Source of the DNA: a virus | Taxonomy: Duplodnaviria > Heunggongvirae > Uroviricota > Caudoviricetes | Length of the DNA stretch: 64,000 nt | Virus record (IMG/VR): IMGVR_UViG_3300028833_000069 | Direction: 5' to 3' (one strand) | Shown here: piece after piece, positions 1-10,453 of the stretch | How the letters are laid out: each line of letters opens with the position of its first letter | Numbering within the stretch: the stretch's first letter is position 1 | Made by a program: the position numbers and the translations under genes | Notes under the pieces: model-generated | Told to the model about the DNA's origin: nothing | Database searches by the model: none | The model's input: only the letters and a program-made list of their open reading frames with translations

Positions 1-353
1 TTAACACCAATTCTACCATTTATAGCAGCTAACAAAGTAGCATCATTGTATCTATGATGCATTTGCTCATTGATTTTATCTCTGTCATCTTGAGAAAGAT
101 ATTTACCATATTTCATGATAATCTCTCTCTTTGTCATCCATTTTCTAACAACATCTCTGTAACCATTTTTAATATACTTGCTCTTTGGATCTCTCTCAAT
201 AAATGTATTAAGAGGATCAGACACTTCAAGTCTAAAGCCATTACCAGATTTAGTCTTTACTACTTTATAATGTCCCTCACCACCAACAAGTAAATCAGTA
301 AGGAGTTCTGTTAATTGATTTTTTAAATCTATGTCTCTAGAATTGATAGCATA

Positions 354-845
354 CTAAACAATAGTTTGAGCTGCCATCTCATAATTAGATACATAATTTC
401 TATTTACAGAATCTTCAACATCCTTAAGTTCTTTATCAATAACTTCATCTTGTACAGGATCTTGAGGATCTTTACCCATTATTGTTCTGTAAATATGGTT
501 TTCAAGTTTAGAAATAGCAAGTTTATGGATTCTATTTTCTATTTCTAATTGCTTGTCTCTATAAATATTTGAAAGAGTTTTAGAATCTTTACAAGAAATT
601 TTAGGTTGAAGCTTCTGAGTAAGATACTCACCAACAATAGCATCAATGTGCTTTCTTGTTAATGGTACAAATTCTACAGAGGTTGGATTCTCAACTCCAT
701 AGCCTTTCTCATAAGCCTCATATTGTTTTTTGTCAAGAATTCCATGATAGTAATTATATGCTTTATAAAGAGACTTTCTCTCAATAACAAGTTCTGTAAT
801 TGCACTATCACACTCTTTCATTAAATACTTTTTATCTTTACTCAT
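354..845 (-). CDS. hypothetical late protein
   Basis: 163-aa ORF from the track. It terminates at TAG, so read-through may extend the C-terminus. Confidence 0.35.
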   Translation of the reverse strand: MSKDKKYLMKECDSAITELVIERKSLYKAYNYYHGILDKKQYEAYEKGYGVENPTSVEFVPLTRKHIDAIVGEYLTQKLQPKISCKDSKTLSNIYRDKQLEIENRIHKLAISKLENHIYRTIMGKDPQDPVQDEVIDKELKDVEDSVNRNYVSNYEMAAQTIV

Positions 846-1084
846 CTCTTATAAGTAATTTACAATTTTCTTGTTCATAAAAACCTCCCTGTGGATGTAA
901 CTTTACATTCCTACTAAAGATTTCATGTAACTTAGATTCTTTTAATTGTTCTGTTACAAATTTTAAAAACTCTTCATCAGTTTGGCACGAAATAACCCAA
1001 GCAAGTGGGTCATAAACCTAACTATGCAAATAAAACTTGCATGTATAAATATAGCCATCTCTTTCTGTGCCATCCTTTAAGACA

Positions 1085-3382
1085 TCAATCCTTTTTGGGA
1101 ACTTGCAACAGTAGAGCATTTCTACTAAACCACGAACCTGCTCTTCTAAACTGTTCATTTCTTTGTATAACTTGTTGTTTAGGAATTTTTCCAAAATGTT
1201 TATATCCATACTCATCAGTATACCAACCTATTTCTTCTTGTGAAGCTTGTGGAACAGATTGTTGTATAGTTTTACCTATCATATCCTCATTTGCAAGCAG
1301 ACACATACCTAAACCAGCTACCATATCAAATTTTCTCTTATTTGCATAAGAATATCTTAGTAACTCATTTAGTAATTCAGGAAATTCTATATACTCACAG
1401 TAGTCTGTAATATAATCATTTATGAGGTCTAACTGATGATTAATAATATCATCTGTAGCAGGAGTACCATACTGATTAGGATTTGCTTTTCTAATAGTTG
1501 GCATTGTTGCTCTAGGTCTTTTTAAAAGCAAATCTGCACATTTCTTTTCTTTAAAATATGTAACAAGACTTATTTTAGTTGCTTCTATTAACCCTTTACA
1601 GTTATACATTCTCATCAGCTTAATAGCATTGTCAAATGCAATTCTAATATCTTTTGGTCTTTCCTTGTAAATTGCTACAGGTTTTGGTGGGGTTATACCC
1701 ATCATTCTTTTAAAGATAATAATACAAAACTCTGAAACATCAGATTGTCCAGATGATGTAGATGTATCATTATCAATAGAGTCTATACCAGCAACATATA
1801 AATTAGAAGGAACTAAACCATTTGAATCTTTTACAGGAAGCTCTACTATTTTGATTTTACTTCTAGAATCATATTCAAACTCAGGAACAGAAAATCTATC
1901 AACCAAATGTGGATCATCCTTCATTGGTCTAAATCTTAAAGTAATTCCTTGAGGAGGTTCAAATAATTTATGAATTTCAATATTAGCTAACTATGTAGAA
2001 AGTCTTTCTTTATCAAATTTATTCTCACCTTCAAGAATAAGAGCTTCTTCAGGAGTAAAGCAGTACTCTGCTTTATACATCATTAAATCTTTAGGATCGT
2101 TAATAAGAAGAGCTCTTCTATCCATATAGTATTTTTTAGCTCTTTCTTCATCAACTACACCTCTGTTATCATAGCCTATTTCTCCTTTATCTTGCTCACC
2201 AAACCACATTGTATAAGCAGGTATAAAATATCCTGTATAGGCTACTTCTTGTGCTTCATTATATCTATTTTTATAAGGAAGAACTTTATATTTTACAGGA
2301 TTATAAAACATTCTGGTGAGGCCTTCCAAGTTAGGGCCAGAGTCACCACCAGTTCCCCAAGCATATCTGATACCAAATTTAATACCATTGATTTCAGTCA
2401 AAGCTTCTCCCTTAATCCATGAAGCAATAAGGTGTTTATTAGAACCTGCTTCTTCAAACAGAAGCTTATCAGTTCTATCACCTCTGACTTTATCTGGCAC
2501 ATCTGCTACTTTACCTTCAATTTCTGACATCCACCCAGATTCATTTCTTTCCTCATCTAAAACAGATGCTCTCTTGAAGTTAGCAGTATCAATCACCATT
2601 CTTTGGTGAGCAAACATTCCTTTTGTATGAGTATTAAGGAAGTTTAATTGTGTCCACATTTTATCTGTCAACTTGTCCACAAAGAAATCATTTGGGGCAG
2701 TTGCCATAACTCTAGTATTTTCAAAAGCTGTATATAAATTAACAGATATTGATGCAGAAATCTCACTAGCACCGACTCCTCTGCTCTTAAAAGCAACTAC
2801 ATCCTTTTTTAATTTAGCAGCTAATTCCATATAATGGAAATACTCATACTACTTTGCTATAAATGTTGGAAATGTTTCATTTCTACCAGTAGCAGCACCT
2901 TTAATACCAACAACACTTTTCATTCTGTAATAGTTTAACCAGAAGTAATTGTCACCAGTAATATGATACTTACCAACAGTCATTCCATTCATACATCTAT
3001 CAAGTTCTCTATAGCAAAGATCTGCAAACATTACAGTACCAGGTATAAGAGAAGTATATTCACCTGTCTCTTCATAAGTCCTAGCCATTTCTGTAAAGTC
3101 ATCAGGATTAAAATCTAATCCTTTATCTTTTGTAATAGGTCTGTAGCCAGTTAATTCATAAGATAATTCAGGATCAAAATATTCAATAGGATCTCCTATC
3201 TTTACATCCCATTCACTATCTTCTTCTTGCTTTTCTTCAAGAACAATCTATTCTTCTTTATCTTCTTGGGGGATGTCCATAATAAATGTTCTTTTCTTAG
3301 TCTTCTTAGCATCAAGAGCAGCCGCCTCTTTAGACAGCTGCTCCTTTAATGCTTCTCTTTCTTCTTTAGAAAGTTTAGCCAT
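1085..3382 (-). CDS. terL: terminase large subunit (one reading frame with three in-frame TAG codons)
   Basis: Track ORFs 2849..3088, 1991..2830 and 1085..1924 are in one frame, each separated only by TAG (at 3248-3250, 2849-2851, 1991-1993). Manual translation extends the frame to the ATG at 3380-3382. An ATPase-like KSRGVGAS / LLFEEAG motif and a nuclease-like VAGIDSIDNDTSTSSG Asp motif are present. The frame ends on TGA. Confidence 0.7.
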
Positions 3383-3969
3383 TATTTCTTATCAAAGAAT
3401 CCTGGAGTTCTACCCCCTCTTAATCCAGTAGATTCTGCTTGCTCTGTTTTAAACTTTTCTTCTGCTTCTCTTTTAGCATCAAATAACTTAGGTAACTTAA
3501 TATAATCATCCATAATATCTTTAGATGTTGTTAAAAACTTACCAGTTACTTCATCCCTTTCAGAAAGGTCTAAATTCCTATATCTAGCGGTTAGTTTATG
3601 AACAGCATCATTCATAGCAGCTAAAAGAGGACCAAATAAAGAAGAGCTATCCTGTAGTTGATTATACCTATCAAAAGCAGCTTTAAACACAGGATCTTGT
3701 AATTCCTCTTTAGTTATACCAGTAGAAGCTACTGCCATATCATGTCTTTCTTGAGGAGTACTTTTATTTCCTGGAGCTAACCAATCAACTGCAAGATATA
3801 TATAAGTTAATTCTCTATATGCTTTAAGTCTTTTTTTACCAGTAGGATCTTCTTTACACTTATTTCTATCTACATCCCATAAATCTTTGAACTCTTTTAC
3901 TAATAAGATTTCAGGTTCATTAAGAGTTAAGGCATTGGACTTATTATCATAAACAAAAAACTTAACCAT
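3382..3969 (-). CDS. hypothetical protein, possibly terminase small subunit by position
   Basis: 195-aa ORF immediately upstream of terL, with a TAATG stop/start overlap. There is no motif support. Confidence 0.3.
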   Translation of the reverse strand: MVKFFVYDNKSNALTLNEPEILLVKEFKDLWDVDRNKCKEDPTGKKRLKAYRELTYIYLAVDWLAPGNKSTPQERHDMAVASTGITKEELQDPVFKAAFDRYNQLQDSSSLFGPLLAAMNDAVHKLTARYRNLDLSERDEVTGKFLTTSKDIMDDYIKLPKLFDAKREAEEKFKTEQAESTGLRGGRTPGFFDKK

Positions 3970-3980
3970 AAAATATATAA

Positions 3981-4391
3981 TTAGTGTAACACTGGTAGAC
4001 CTGTACAGCTATCAACTTCTATTAGTCTACCTCCAACTTTCTTTAACATGCAAGGACATTTCTTTTTTGGTTTGCCTCCATGTAATAATTTTTTGTAGTA
4101 ATCAAGTTTCATACCACACTTTGCTTTTGCAACAGCTTGCTATACAAGCTATACTACTTGTGCAGTAATTGCTTTTGGATCTGCACCTTCTGCTGCTAAA
4201 TTTTGAATAGCCTTAGCAGCATCTTGTACACTACCTGCATTTTGAATAAAGGCTTGTGCAATCTCAGGAGCATCGTTTTCAGAAAGACCACCATCAATCA
4301 GAATCTTAACAATTCCTTGTGTGAGTTCTTCCTCAGAAGGAGCCTGAGTTGCACCGCCTTCTTTAAATTTTTGTCTATTAAAGTATTGCAT
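3981..4391 (-). CDS. hypothetical protein with 2 in-frame TAG
   Basis: Track ORF 4149..4391 continues in frame through TAG at 4149-4151 and 4140-4142 to a TAA near 3981. The C-terminus is Lys- and Cys-rich. Confidence 0.3.
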
Positions 4392-4402
4392 AATTATAAA
4401 AA

Positions 4403-4639
4403 TTAATCCTCTCTACCAGACTTAACCAAAACAAGGTCTTTTGTAGAAAATAGGTTTTCTTGGAATGTACCATCAGTGGTAAACCAGAAACAACCAATTC
4501 CTTTTAATGTAGATATTTGATTATCTTTTAATCTATAAAGATTTTTATCAATCTTAGACACAACCATTACTGGTTTGTTAGGTATATCTTGTCTTAAAGT
4601 AACAACATCACCTGGCACAAAATATATTTTTTCTTCCAT
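4403..4639 (-). CDS. hypothetical small protein
   Basis: 78-aa ORF tightly packed upstream of the chaperonin genes. Confidence 0.35.
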   Translation of the reverse strand: MEEKIYFVPGDVVTLRQDIPNKPVMVVSKIDKNLYRLKDNQISTLKGIGCFWFTTDGTFQENLFSTKDLVLVKSGRED

Positions 4640-4642
4640 AAT

Positions 4643-4978
4643 TTATACATTTGGATTGTTATCAACTAATAAGAGGTTTTGCTCTGCAACAACCATATAT
4701 CCTGATTCAAAGAATACTGGTCTTGCACCTCTTATATCAAATAAAACATTGTCACCTTTATGAACAACCTCACATTTATTACCAACTGCTATAACTTTAC
4801 CCCACTTAAATGGTTGCTCTTTATAATCTAATTGGCCACTGTCAGGATTTTCAAATTCACCACCTGTTATTTCAAACTCATCAGCAGCAGCTTTTTTCTC
4901 ATAAGGATTGAATTCATAAGGGTCTACTAACAAATTAGTAAACACTGGTATAAAATTGTCTGTCATATCATTAAGCAT
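4643..4978 (-). CDS. GroES-like co-chaperonin
   Basis: 111 aa. The segment GKVIAVGN..VHKGDNVLF..YMVVAEQNLL resembles the GroES mobile-loop and roof region. It is adjacent to the GroEL-like gene. Confidence 0.5.
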   Translation of the reverse strand: MLNDMTDNFIPVFTNLLVDPYEFNPYEKKAAADEFEITGGEFENPDSGQLDYKEQPFKWGKVIAVGNKCEVVHKGDNVLFDIRGARPVFFESGYMVVAEQNLLLVDNNPNV

Positions 4979-6431
4979 TTAAAATTAAACAAGAACATGT
5001 TAAAATAATAGAAGCTGTATTAACAGCATTCTCTAAAGAAGTTTTTACAACTTCATATGGGTCTATTACACCTTCTTCATATAAATCACCAACCCATTCT
5101 CTAGTTTTAAAATTATATCCTGACCAGTTCATTGAAGCTGGAAGTAATTTACATTCTCCCGCACCAAAACAGTTTCTATATAATATATAATAAGGAGTAG
5201 TAAGTACATCCTTTAAATATTTTAATTCAGTACTTAATGCAATAGATGCTCTAAACAAAGCAGAGCCACCACCTGGAAGTACACCACCTCTTAAAGCAGC
5301 TCTTGTAGCACCAACAGCATCTTCTACTCTGTCTAATCTTTCTTTAACTTCTATTTCAGAATATCCTCCAACATAAATAGTCGCAATACCTGCTGTAAAA
5401 TTAGCAAGTCTTTTTCTCTGAAATTCTAAATCAGCTTCTTCAAGATTTCCTTTTTCTAAAAGTCCTTGGATAGCATTTACTTTTTCAGTAATAGCTTCCT
5501 CATTACTTTTATATCCAACAAAAGTACAAGTATCAGCAGTAGCAATTACTTTATCACAATAAAGTGTTTCTCCAAGAATATCTTTAATATCAGAAAGCAG
5601 AATACTTCTCTGAATACCAAAGTTAGGTGCTACTACCATACAAGAATCTAATTTATGTAAGTTATTTAAAAGATTTATTTTTATCTCAGAGTCAAAATCA
5701 GGAGCAATTAGCAACAGAGCCTTTTTCTTTCTGAGAGCTTCATTAGCTACCTCAGCAACTTTAGTTATCTCACTAATCTTTACATCTGAGATGTATACCA
5801 TTACATTTTGAAGTACACATGTATTCTCAGCAGTATTTACAAATCTTGAATCAAAATAACCATTGTCAAATTGAAAGCCTTCTGAAAATTCAATACCATC
5901 TGAGTTTGTCTTAGATTTCTCAAATTTAACAATCCCATTCTTACCTACTTTCTTGAAAGCATCTGCTACAAGTGTACCAATTTTAATATCATTATTGGCT
6001 GAAAGAGTTGCTACCTTAACAAGGTCTTTTTCAGTAATATCTCTTTTATATTCTTTCAACCAATTAACCACTTTTTCACAATCTTCTTGTAAATCTCTTT
6101 GGATTTGAATAGGATTTTCCCTACTATCTGCAAGAAGCTTTACAATTTCCCTAGAAAGAATAGTAGCAGTAGTACTACCATCACCAACATCACTAGATGT
6201 TTTCCTAGAAATATCTCTCACTGCATCAATACCCATTTGTACATAAGGGTCTTCATGAGTTACATAAGTAGCTACTGTACTACCATCTTTAGTGACATGT
6301 AAATGTCTACCAAGTTTAATCATTACATTCCTACCACTTGGTCCATAAGTAGCAGCTACACAATCAGAAACAAGATTAACACCTTTAATCAAGTTCTTTT
6401 TACATTCATCATTAAATTGTACATGTTCCAT
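4971..6431 (-). CDS. GroEL-like chaperonin (Cpn60 family)
   Basis: 486 aa. GDGSTTATIL matches the GroEL GDGTTTATVL ATP-binding motif. TYGPSGRNVMI and LPGGG segments are also present. Confidence 0.75.
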   Translation of the reverse strand: MEHVQFNDECKKNLIKGVNLVSDCVAATYGPSGRNVMIKLGRHLHVTKDGSTVATYVTHEDPYVQMGIDAVRDISRKTSSDVGDGSTTATILSREIVKLLADSRENPIQIQRDLQEDCEKVVNWLKEYKRDITEKDLVKVATLSANNDIKIGTLVADAFKKVGKNGIVKFEKSKTNSDGIEFSEGFQFDNGYFDSRFVNTAENTCVLQNVMVYISDVKISEITKVAEVANEALRKKKALLLIAPDFDSEIKINLLNNLHKLDSCMVVAPNFGIQRSILLSDIKDILGETLYCDKVIATADTCTFVGYKSNEEAITEKVNAIQGLLEKGNLEEADLEFQRKRLANFTAGIATIYVGGYSEIEVKERLDRVEDAVGATRAALRGGVLPGGGSALFRASIALSTELKYLKDVLTTPYYILYRNCFGAGECKLLPASMNWSGYNFKTREWVGDLYEEGVIDPYEVVKTSLENAVNTASIILTCSCLILNA

Positions 6432-6448
6432 TATAAGAAAATTTTAAT

Positions 6449-6739
6449 TTACCATTTATTAAGTGGACATTTTTTAGAAGCAACTCTTAATGCAGCTTCA
6501 TGTGGGCATCCACAACCACTGATATATCCTGGATGATATTCTGTAGATAAATCTTTTGTTTCAGGATTATACCATTTGTTTCTATCACATTTGCCTCCAC
6601 CAATTGTATCTGTGTGTAAAGGACATTTTAAACAAATAGGAAGCCTTTTATTAACTAATTCTTGTTCTCTATTAAGAACTCTATTAGTCCATCCTTCTGC
6701 TATTTGTCCAACCTAATCTAAAGAATCTATACCAAACAT
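6449..6739 (-). CDS. Cys-rich small protein with in-frame TAG
   Basis: Manual translation gives MFGIDSLD[TAG]VGQIAEGW...CLKCPLH...CGCPHE...KCPLNKW. It is missed by the ORF track because TAG at 6713-6715 splits it. Confidence 0.35.
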
Positions 6740-6741
6740 TG

Positions 6742-7341
6742 TTATTTTATTTTACCACCTATACCGATTCCAGCATGAACACCTACTTGTGGGCCATGCC
6801 CAAATGTACCAGTATTAACATTACCTTGTACTCCATAACCAGCACTAAAACCAAGATACCACACTATGCCTACTTTTTTAGGTTCTTTATATATTGTTGT
6901 TATCTTATTATTATACTGATGATCAAGATATATGTTGTCAATACCTGCTGCATAACCATGATAATCAACTTTTATTGCAGTAGAAGTACTATCAGTCTTT
7001 ATAGTATCACTGTACTGATTATACTCAATTGGTAATTGTACATAAGTACCATCTTGAGGAGTACTTTGAGTATCATTATTTAAAAAATAAATAGAATCTA
7101 CTCTAACAAGTGTGTCTCTCTTATAAAGAGTTCTTGTTTTTTCAATAATTCTTTCTTTTGTGACTGTTACTGTATCATGCACAGGCACATACTTAACAAC
7201 TGTCTTTGGCTCTGAACCTTTACAGTTAAACATTAAACATATACACAAAAAAATGTTAAACAAAAAAGATATTATAAATCCTTTATGTTTATTTAGATAT
7301 TCTTTCATTCCCATATTTTTTCTTATATAAAGCATATCCAC
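6742..7341 (-). CDS. putative membrane/lipoprotein
   Basis: 199 aa. An N-terminal hydrophobic segment ends in NCKGS, and the C-terminus is Gly-rich. Confidence 0.4.
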   Translation of the reverse strand: MDMLYIRKNMGMKEYLNKHKGFIISFLFNIFLCICLMFNCKGSEPKTVVKYVPVHDTVTVTKERIIEKTRTLYKRDTLVRVDSIYFLNNDTQSTPQDGTYVQLPIEYNQYSDTIKTDSTSTAIKVDYHGYAAGIDNIYLDHQYNNKITTIYKEPKKVGIVWYLGFSAGYGVQGNVNTGTFGHGPQVGVHAGIGIGGKIK

Positions 7342-7651
7342 TTCCTAATAAGAACAAACAGAAAGGAGATCCAATCGGCATCAACTTTCTGTTATACTCT
7401 GCTAAAGCTGCACTAATAGCTGCTTGGAGAGCTTGTTCATTAGGATATGTGGATTGTATATTCAGTCCACCATTTCTTATAACATGAGTTTCTTTCTAAT
7501 CTATAAGAACTCCAATGCCAACCCAGTAAATAATAGTAAACTCTTTACCATCATTTGCAATTACTGTTATACTATTATAACCTGGAGATTTAAGTGGTGG
7601 TCTAACATTGTTTATATTATATTCAATTACTTCACTTTGTTTAAAACCCAT
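7289..7651 (-). CDS. hypothetical protein with in-frame TAG
   Basis: Manual translation gives MGFKQSEVIEYNINN...VLID[TAG]KETHVIRNGG.... TAG lies at 7496-7498. It overlaps the next gene by about 50 nt. Confidence 0.3.
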
Positions 7652-7822
7652 ATTCTACTAAATCTACTCATTACTAACAGGCTATATTAGTAAGAATATG
7701 GATAATAATAATGCTTTAAGTTTCATTGTCTAATTCTTCAGGATCTTTAACTCCTTTAAAGACAAGATTATATATCATCATAGATATACATATTTGTTTT
7801 ATAAACCATTTCCAAATTTTTT

Positions 7823-8641
7823 TCATAATTCAATTGGATTACATTTAGCTAACTCCATCTTCATTTTTAAATCATTTATATGAAATTTTATTAACTTATC
7901 AACAGTTGATTTTAAATATTCAACAGGATAAGTTGCTTTTGGTTTCATATTTCTAACATGCACTATCTCTAATTTATCTATTTCCAAAGTTGGGTCTAAA
8001 TTCTGTAAACACCAAGCATATATAGATAACTGTAATTGATAATGAATTCCATTTACATCAGGTAGAGTGTTGAGAGGATACCTCATGTTCTTTGTTTTCA
8101 TTCTACCTGTATCAAATCTACCTTTAAAAGATATTTTGTCAACATCTTTCCAATCAATTATGGAAATATGTTTACCTTGTTTAACAACCAAATCTGCCAC
8201 ACCTACTATTGTGTAGTCTCCTATATTTACTTCCATTTTAAATTCTGGAAATAATCCAGACTCTGTAGTTAGGAAGTTGTCTACTTGACAAACAGGAAGT
8301 TTTGCAATACCGAAAGTATTTTGTAGAATTGTAACATCTTTTTTAAACATTTGTTCAATAGCTTCGTGTGTAGCTATACCAGCTGCTTTAGCTTCTTCAT
8401 TAGTATCTTTCCATTCTTTATTTATCTTTTCTAAAGAATCTTCATAAGCTTCTTTACCAACTTCAGCTATATACATAGGCAATATTCTTTTACTCCTTAA
8501 AAGACCAGTCTTAATTGCTGCAAACCTTTCTGGTTCCATTAACTTTTCTAAAGTTTTATAAGCAGCCCAAAACTCACCATCAAAACAGTGATATTGCTGA
8601 AGTAATACAGTTGTTGCAATTCTATTTTCTTCCATTATCAT
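7823..8641 (-). CDS. PD-(D/E)xK-type nuclease (RecB/Cas4/YqaJ-like)
   Basis: 272 aa. GVADLVV...IIDWKD and QLQLSIYA (QxxxY) motifs are typical of RecB-family nucleases. Confidence 0.45.
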   Translation of the reverse strand: MIMEENRIATTVLLQQYHCFDGEFWAAYKTLEKLMEPERFAAIKTGLLRSKRILPMYIAEVGKEAYEDSLEKINKEWKDTNEEAKAAGIATHEAIEQMFKKDVTILQNTFGIAKLPVCQVDNFLTTESGLFPEFKMEVNIGDYTIVGVADLVVKQGKHISIIDWKDVDKISFKGRFDTGRMKTKNMRYPLNTLPDVNGIHYQLQLSIYAWCLQNLDPTLEIDKLEIVHVRNMKPKATYPVEYLKSTVDKLIKFHINDLKMKMELAKCNPIEL

Positions 8642-9240
8642 TTAACATTTGTAAAATCAAGCAAGGTAGAAATTTGTTGAGATTTTTTTGATAAGTCACC
8701 TGTAATAAACTCCTTAGTAACTTTATGTTCAGACATAAATCCTAAAATAATAAATCCTATTGGAGTGTGAACTCCCTGAAGAGGACATACCACAATAGAT
8801 TTAAAACCATCTTCAGTTAATTCTTTATACATTCCAGGAAACACAGATTTAAGTTCTTTAATATCATCATACCAGACAATACCTTCCTTGTCTATCCTAT
8901 TTATAAAATGAGGTATTGCTGAAAGTAACATGTTATTAAACTAACTTGTCAATTCATCAATACCAAGTTTATTCTACTGAATTGTTGGAGTCATGTGTAG
9001 GAATTGTAAACCTGTCAGATTAGCTCCACCATTGTGATATTCAAATACAATAGCTCTATCTGCATCAGTTCTGTCTACTAAGTCTTTCATGACTTCTTTA
9101 ACTAACAAGACTTTCTCTTTTCTTGCTTTTAATGATTTTGCATGTGTATCCTCACTAGCATACTTTTCATGCCTTTTTTCAAAGTAAGGTTTCCAACTTG
9201 TAATATAAGTTACAATAGCAAATGCTAAAAAGAATAGCAT
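8638..9240 (-). CDS. membrane-anchored hypothetical protein with 2 in-frame TAG
   Basis: Track ORFs 8974..9240 and 8638..8931 are in one frame and joined through TAG at 8974-8976 and 8941-8943. The N-terminus has a TM helix. The gene ends on TGA. Confidence 0.4.
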
Positions 9241-9312
9241 TACACCTAGAATACCCCACTAATTAAAAAAATCTAATACTGTTGTAAGATTCATCTTTGT
9301 TATTTTCTCTAG

Positions 9313-9384
9313 AGCACCCTCCCAGAATCGAACTGAGATCTTTGGGTTACAAAGCCAAGGTAATAACCATTATACTAAGAGTGC
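9313..9384 (-). tRNA. tRNA-Thr(UGU)
   Basis: Cloverleaf with acceptor GCACTCT/AGGGTGC, T-loop TTCGATT and anticodon loop TTTGTAA. The anticodon stem has one mismatch. Confidence 0.55.
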
Positions 9385-9393
9385 ATAAATGTG

Positions 9394-9465
9394 CTGGCAG
9401 TACTGGAATCGAACCAGTATTGAGTGGTTAACAGCCACCTGTAATAACCTTTATACTAACTACCA
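9394..9465 (-). tRNA. tRNA-Asn(GUU)
   Basis: Acceptor TGGTAGT/ACTGCCA, anticodon stem GGTGG/CCACT, loop CTGTTAA, T-arm ACTGG-TTCGATT-CCAGT. Confidence 0.65.
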
Positions 9466-9471
9466 ATAAAG

Positions 9472-9547
9472 TGGATCTAGAGGAGACTCGAACCCTCAAC
9501 CTGCTGGTTGCAAACCAGCTGCTCTAGCCAATTGGAGCTATAGACCC
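9472..9547 (-). tRNA. tRNA-Ala(UGC)
   Basis: Acceptor GGGTCTA/TAGATCC, D-arm GCTC..GAGC, anticodon stem GCTGG/CCAGC, loop TTTGCAA. Confidence 0.65.
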
Positions 9548-9552
9548 AAAAG

Positions 9553-9626
9553 TAGTCTGGCTTGGATTTGAACCAAGGACCTCCATCTTATCAGGATGAC
9601 AATCTAACCAACTGATATACCAGACT
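9553..9626 (-). tRNA. tRNA-Ile(GAU)
   Basis: Perfect acceptor AGTCTGG/CCAGACT, anticodon loop CTGATAA, T-arm CTTGG-TTCAAAT-CCAAG. Confidence 0.7.
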
Positions 9627-9631
9627 ATGTG

Positions 9632-9706
9632 CGGTGTGTAGGGGATTTGAACCCCTGACTTCCTGCGTGACAGGCAGGCACTCTAGACCAGCTGAGCTAA
9701 CACACC
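9632..9706 (-). tRNA. tRNA-Asp(GUC)
   Basis: Acceptor GGTGTGT/ACACACC, anticodon stem CCTGC/GCAGG, loop CTGTCAC, T-arm AGGGG-TTCAAAT-CCCCT. Confidence 0.7.
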
Positions 9707-9713
9707 ATATAAG

Positions 9714-9787
9714 ACACACTGATGAGATTTGAACTCATGAATAGCAGTTTTGCAGACTGCCCCCTTAGACCACTTGGGTACAGTGTG
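9714..9787 (-). tRNA. tRNA-Cys(GCA)
   Basis: Acceptor CACACTG/CAGTGTG, anticodon stem GCAGT/ACTGC, loop CTGCAAA, T-arm ATGAG-TTCAAAT-CTCAT. Confidence 0.65.
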
Positions 9788-9790
9788 ATG

Positions 9791-9873
9791 TGGGAGTTGA
9801 GTGAGTCGAACACCCAGAGGCTAAGCCAAATGATTTACAGTCATCCCTGCTACCACTTACAGAATAAACTCCC
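9791..9873 (-). tRNA. tRNA-Tyr(GUA), class II
   Basis: Acceptor GGGAGTT/AACTCCC, anticodon loop CTGTAAA, long variable arm TGGCTTAGCCTCT, T-loop TTCGACT. Confidence 0.65.
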
Positions 9874-9880
9874 TAAATTG

Positions 9881-9953
9881 TCTGGATAGGAAGATTTGAA
9901 CTCCCGACCCCTTGCTCCCAAAGCAAGTGTTCTACCTACTGAACTACATCCAG
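9881..9953 (-). tRNA. tRNA-Pro(UGG)
   Basis: Acceptor CTGGATG/TATCCAG, D-arm GTTC..GAAC, anticodon stem CTTGC/GCAAG, loop TTTGGGA. Confidence 0.65.
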
Positions 9954-9959
9954 ATTATG

Positions 9960-10033
9960 TGCAGTAAAAAAGACTCGAACTCTCCCTCCCAGAATGGAAA
10001 TCTGGTGTGCTGAACCACTGACACTACTACTGC
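9960..10033 (-). tRNA. tRNA-Gly(UCC)
   Basis: Acceptor GCAGTAG/TTACTGC, anticodon stem CCAGA/TCTGG, loop TTTCCAT, T-loop TTCGAGT. Confidence 0.6.
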
Positions 10034-10038
10034 ATAAG

Positions 10039-10112
10039 AGCAATATAAAGGATTTGAACCCTCACTTCCTGACTGGCAGTCAAGTGTGCTAACCATTAAA
10101 CACTAATATTGC
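10039..10112 (-). tRNA. tRNA-Gly(GCC)
   Basis: Acceptor GCAATAT/ATATTGC, anticodon loop CTGCCAG, T-arm GAGGG-TTCAAAT-CCTTT. Confidence 0.55.
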
Positions 10113-10117
10113 ATAAG

Positions 10118-10148
10118 TTGCGGGGGTGGGACTCGAACCCACAACCTT
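10118..10148 (-). pseudogene. orphan 3' half of an initiator-like tRNA (T-arm GTGGG-TTCGAGT-CCCAC plus acceptor 3' strand CCCCGCA-A)
   Basis: The 3' end resembles bacterial tRNA-fMet (..CCCCCGCAAC). No matching 5' acceptor strand (TGCGGGG) exists nearby. The upstream sequence is the HNH coding region. Confidence 0.4.
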
Positions 10149-10380
10149 AAATTTTAGATTCTTGAAAATGATGCCATTGATGACAATTAGGACAAAGTAA
10201 AATACATTTATTCATTTCAGCTTTAATTTTGTCAAAGCTTAAATTACCTACTTCAGAACCACTAAAATCAAAAGATTTAGTAGAAGGATCTATATGATGA
10301 AACTATAGTATTTCAGGATGTTCTTTCCATCCACAAATAGCACAACATTTATCTTCTTTATACTTACGAAGAAAATTCAT
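10147..10380 (-). CDS. HNH homing endonuclease (77 aa) with one in-frame TAG
   Basis: Manual translation gives MNFLRKYKEDKCCAICGWKEHPEIL[TAG]FHHIDPSTKSF...NLS...LLCPNCHQWHHF. This is the CxxC...HH...N...CxxCH...H His-Me finger. TAG lies at 10303-10305. The gene sits between two Met-type tRNA sequences. Confidence 0.6.
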
Positions 10381-10453
10381 TCTTTTTTCTCTTCTTTTTC
10401 TGAAGTATTCTGTTCTTTTTCTCTAGTCTTTATACATAATTATAATTTTTAAG

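Noticed and set aside
2192-2609. Plus-strand ORFs 2192..2422 and 2316..2609
   Set aside because: Antisense to the terminase coding region. No start or packing context.
1085-3088. Terminase apparently broken into three adjacent ORFs, suggesting a frameshifted pseudogene
   Set aside because: All three pieces are in the same frame and separated only by single TAG codons, with conserved motifs on both sides. The same happens in many neighbouring genes, so this is systematic recoding, not decay.
10118-10148. Second possible CUA anticodon (UCUAAAA) just 5' of the orphan tRNA 3' half
   Set aside because: The flanking stem is only 3 weak pairs, there is no 5' acceptor strand, and the sequence is the C-terminal coding region of the HNH gene. 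Treated as coincidence.
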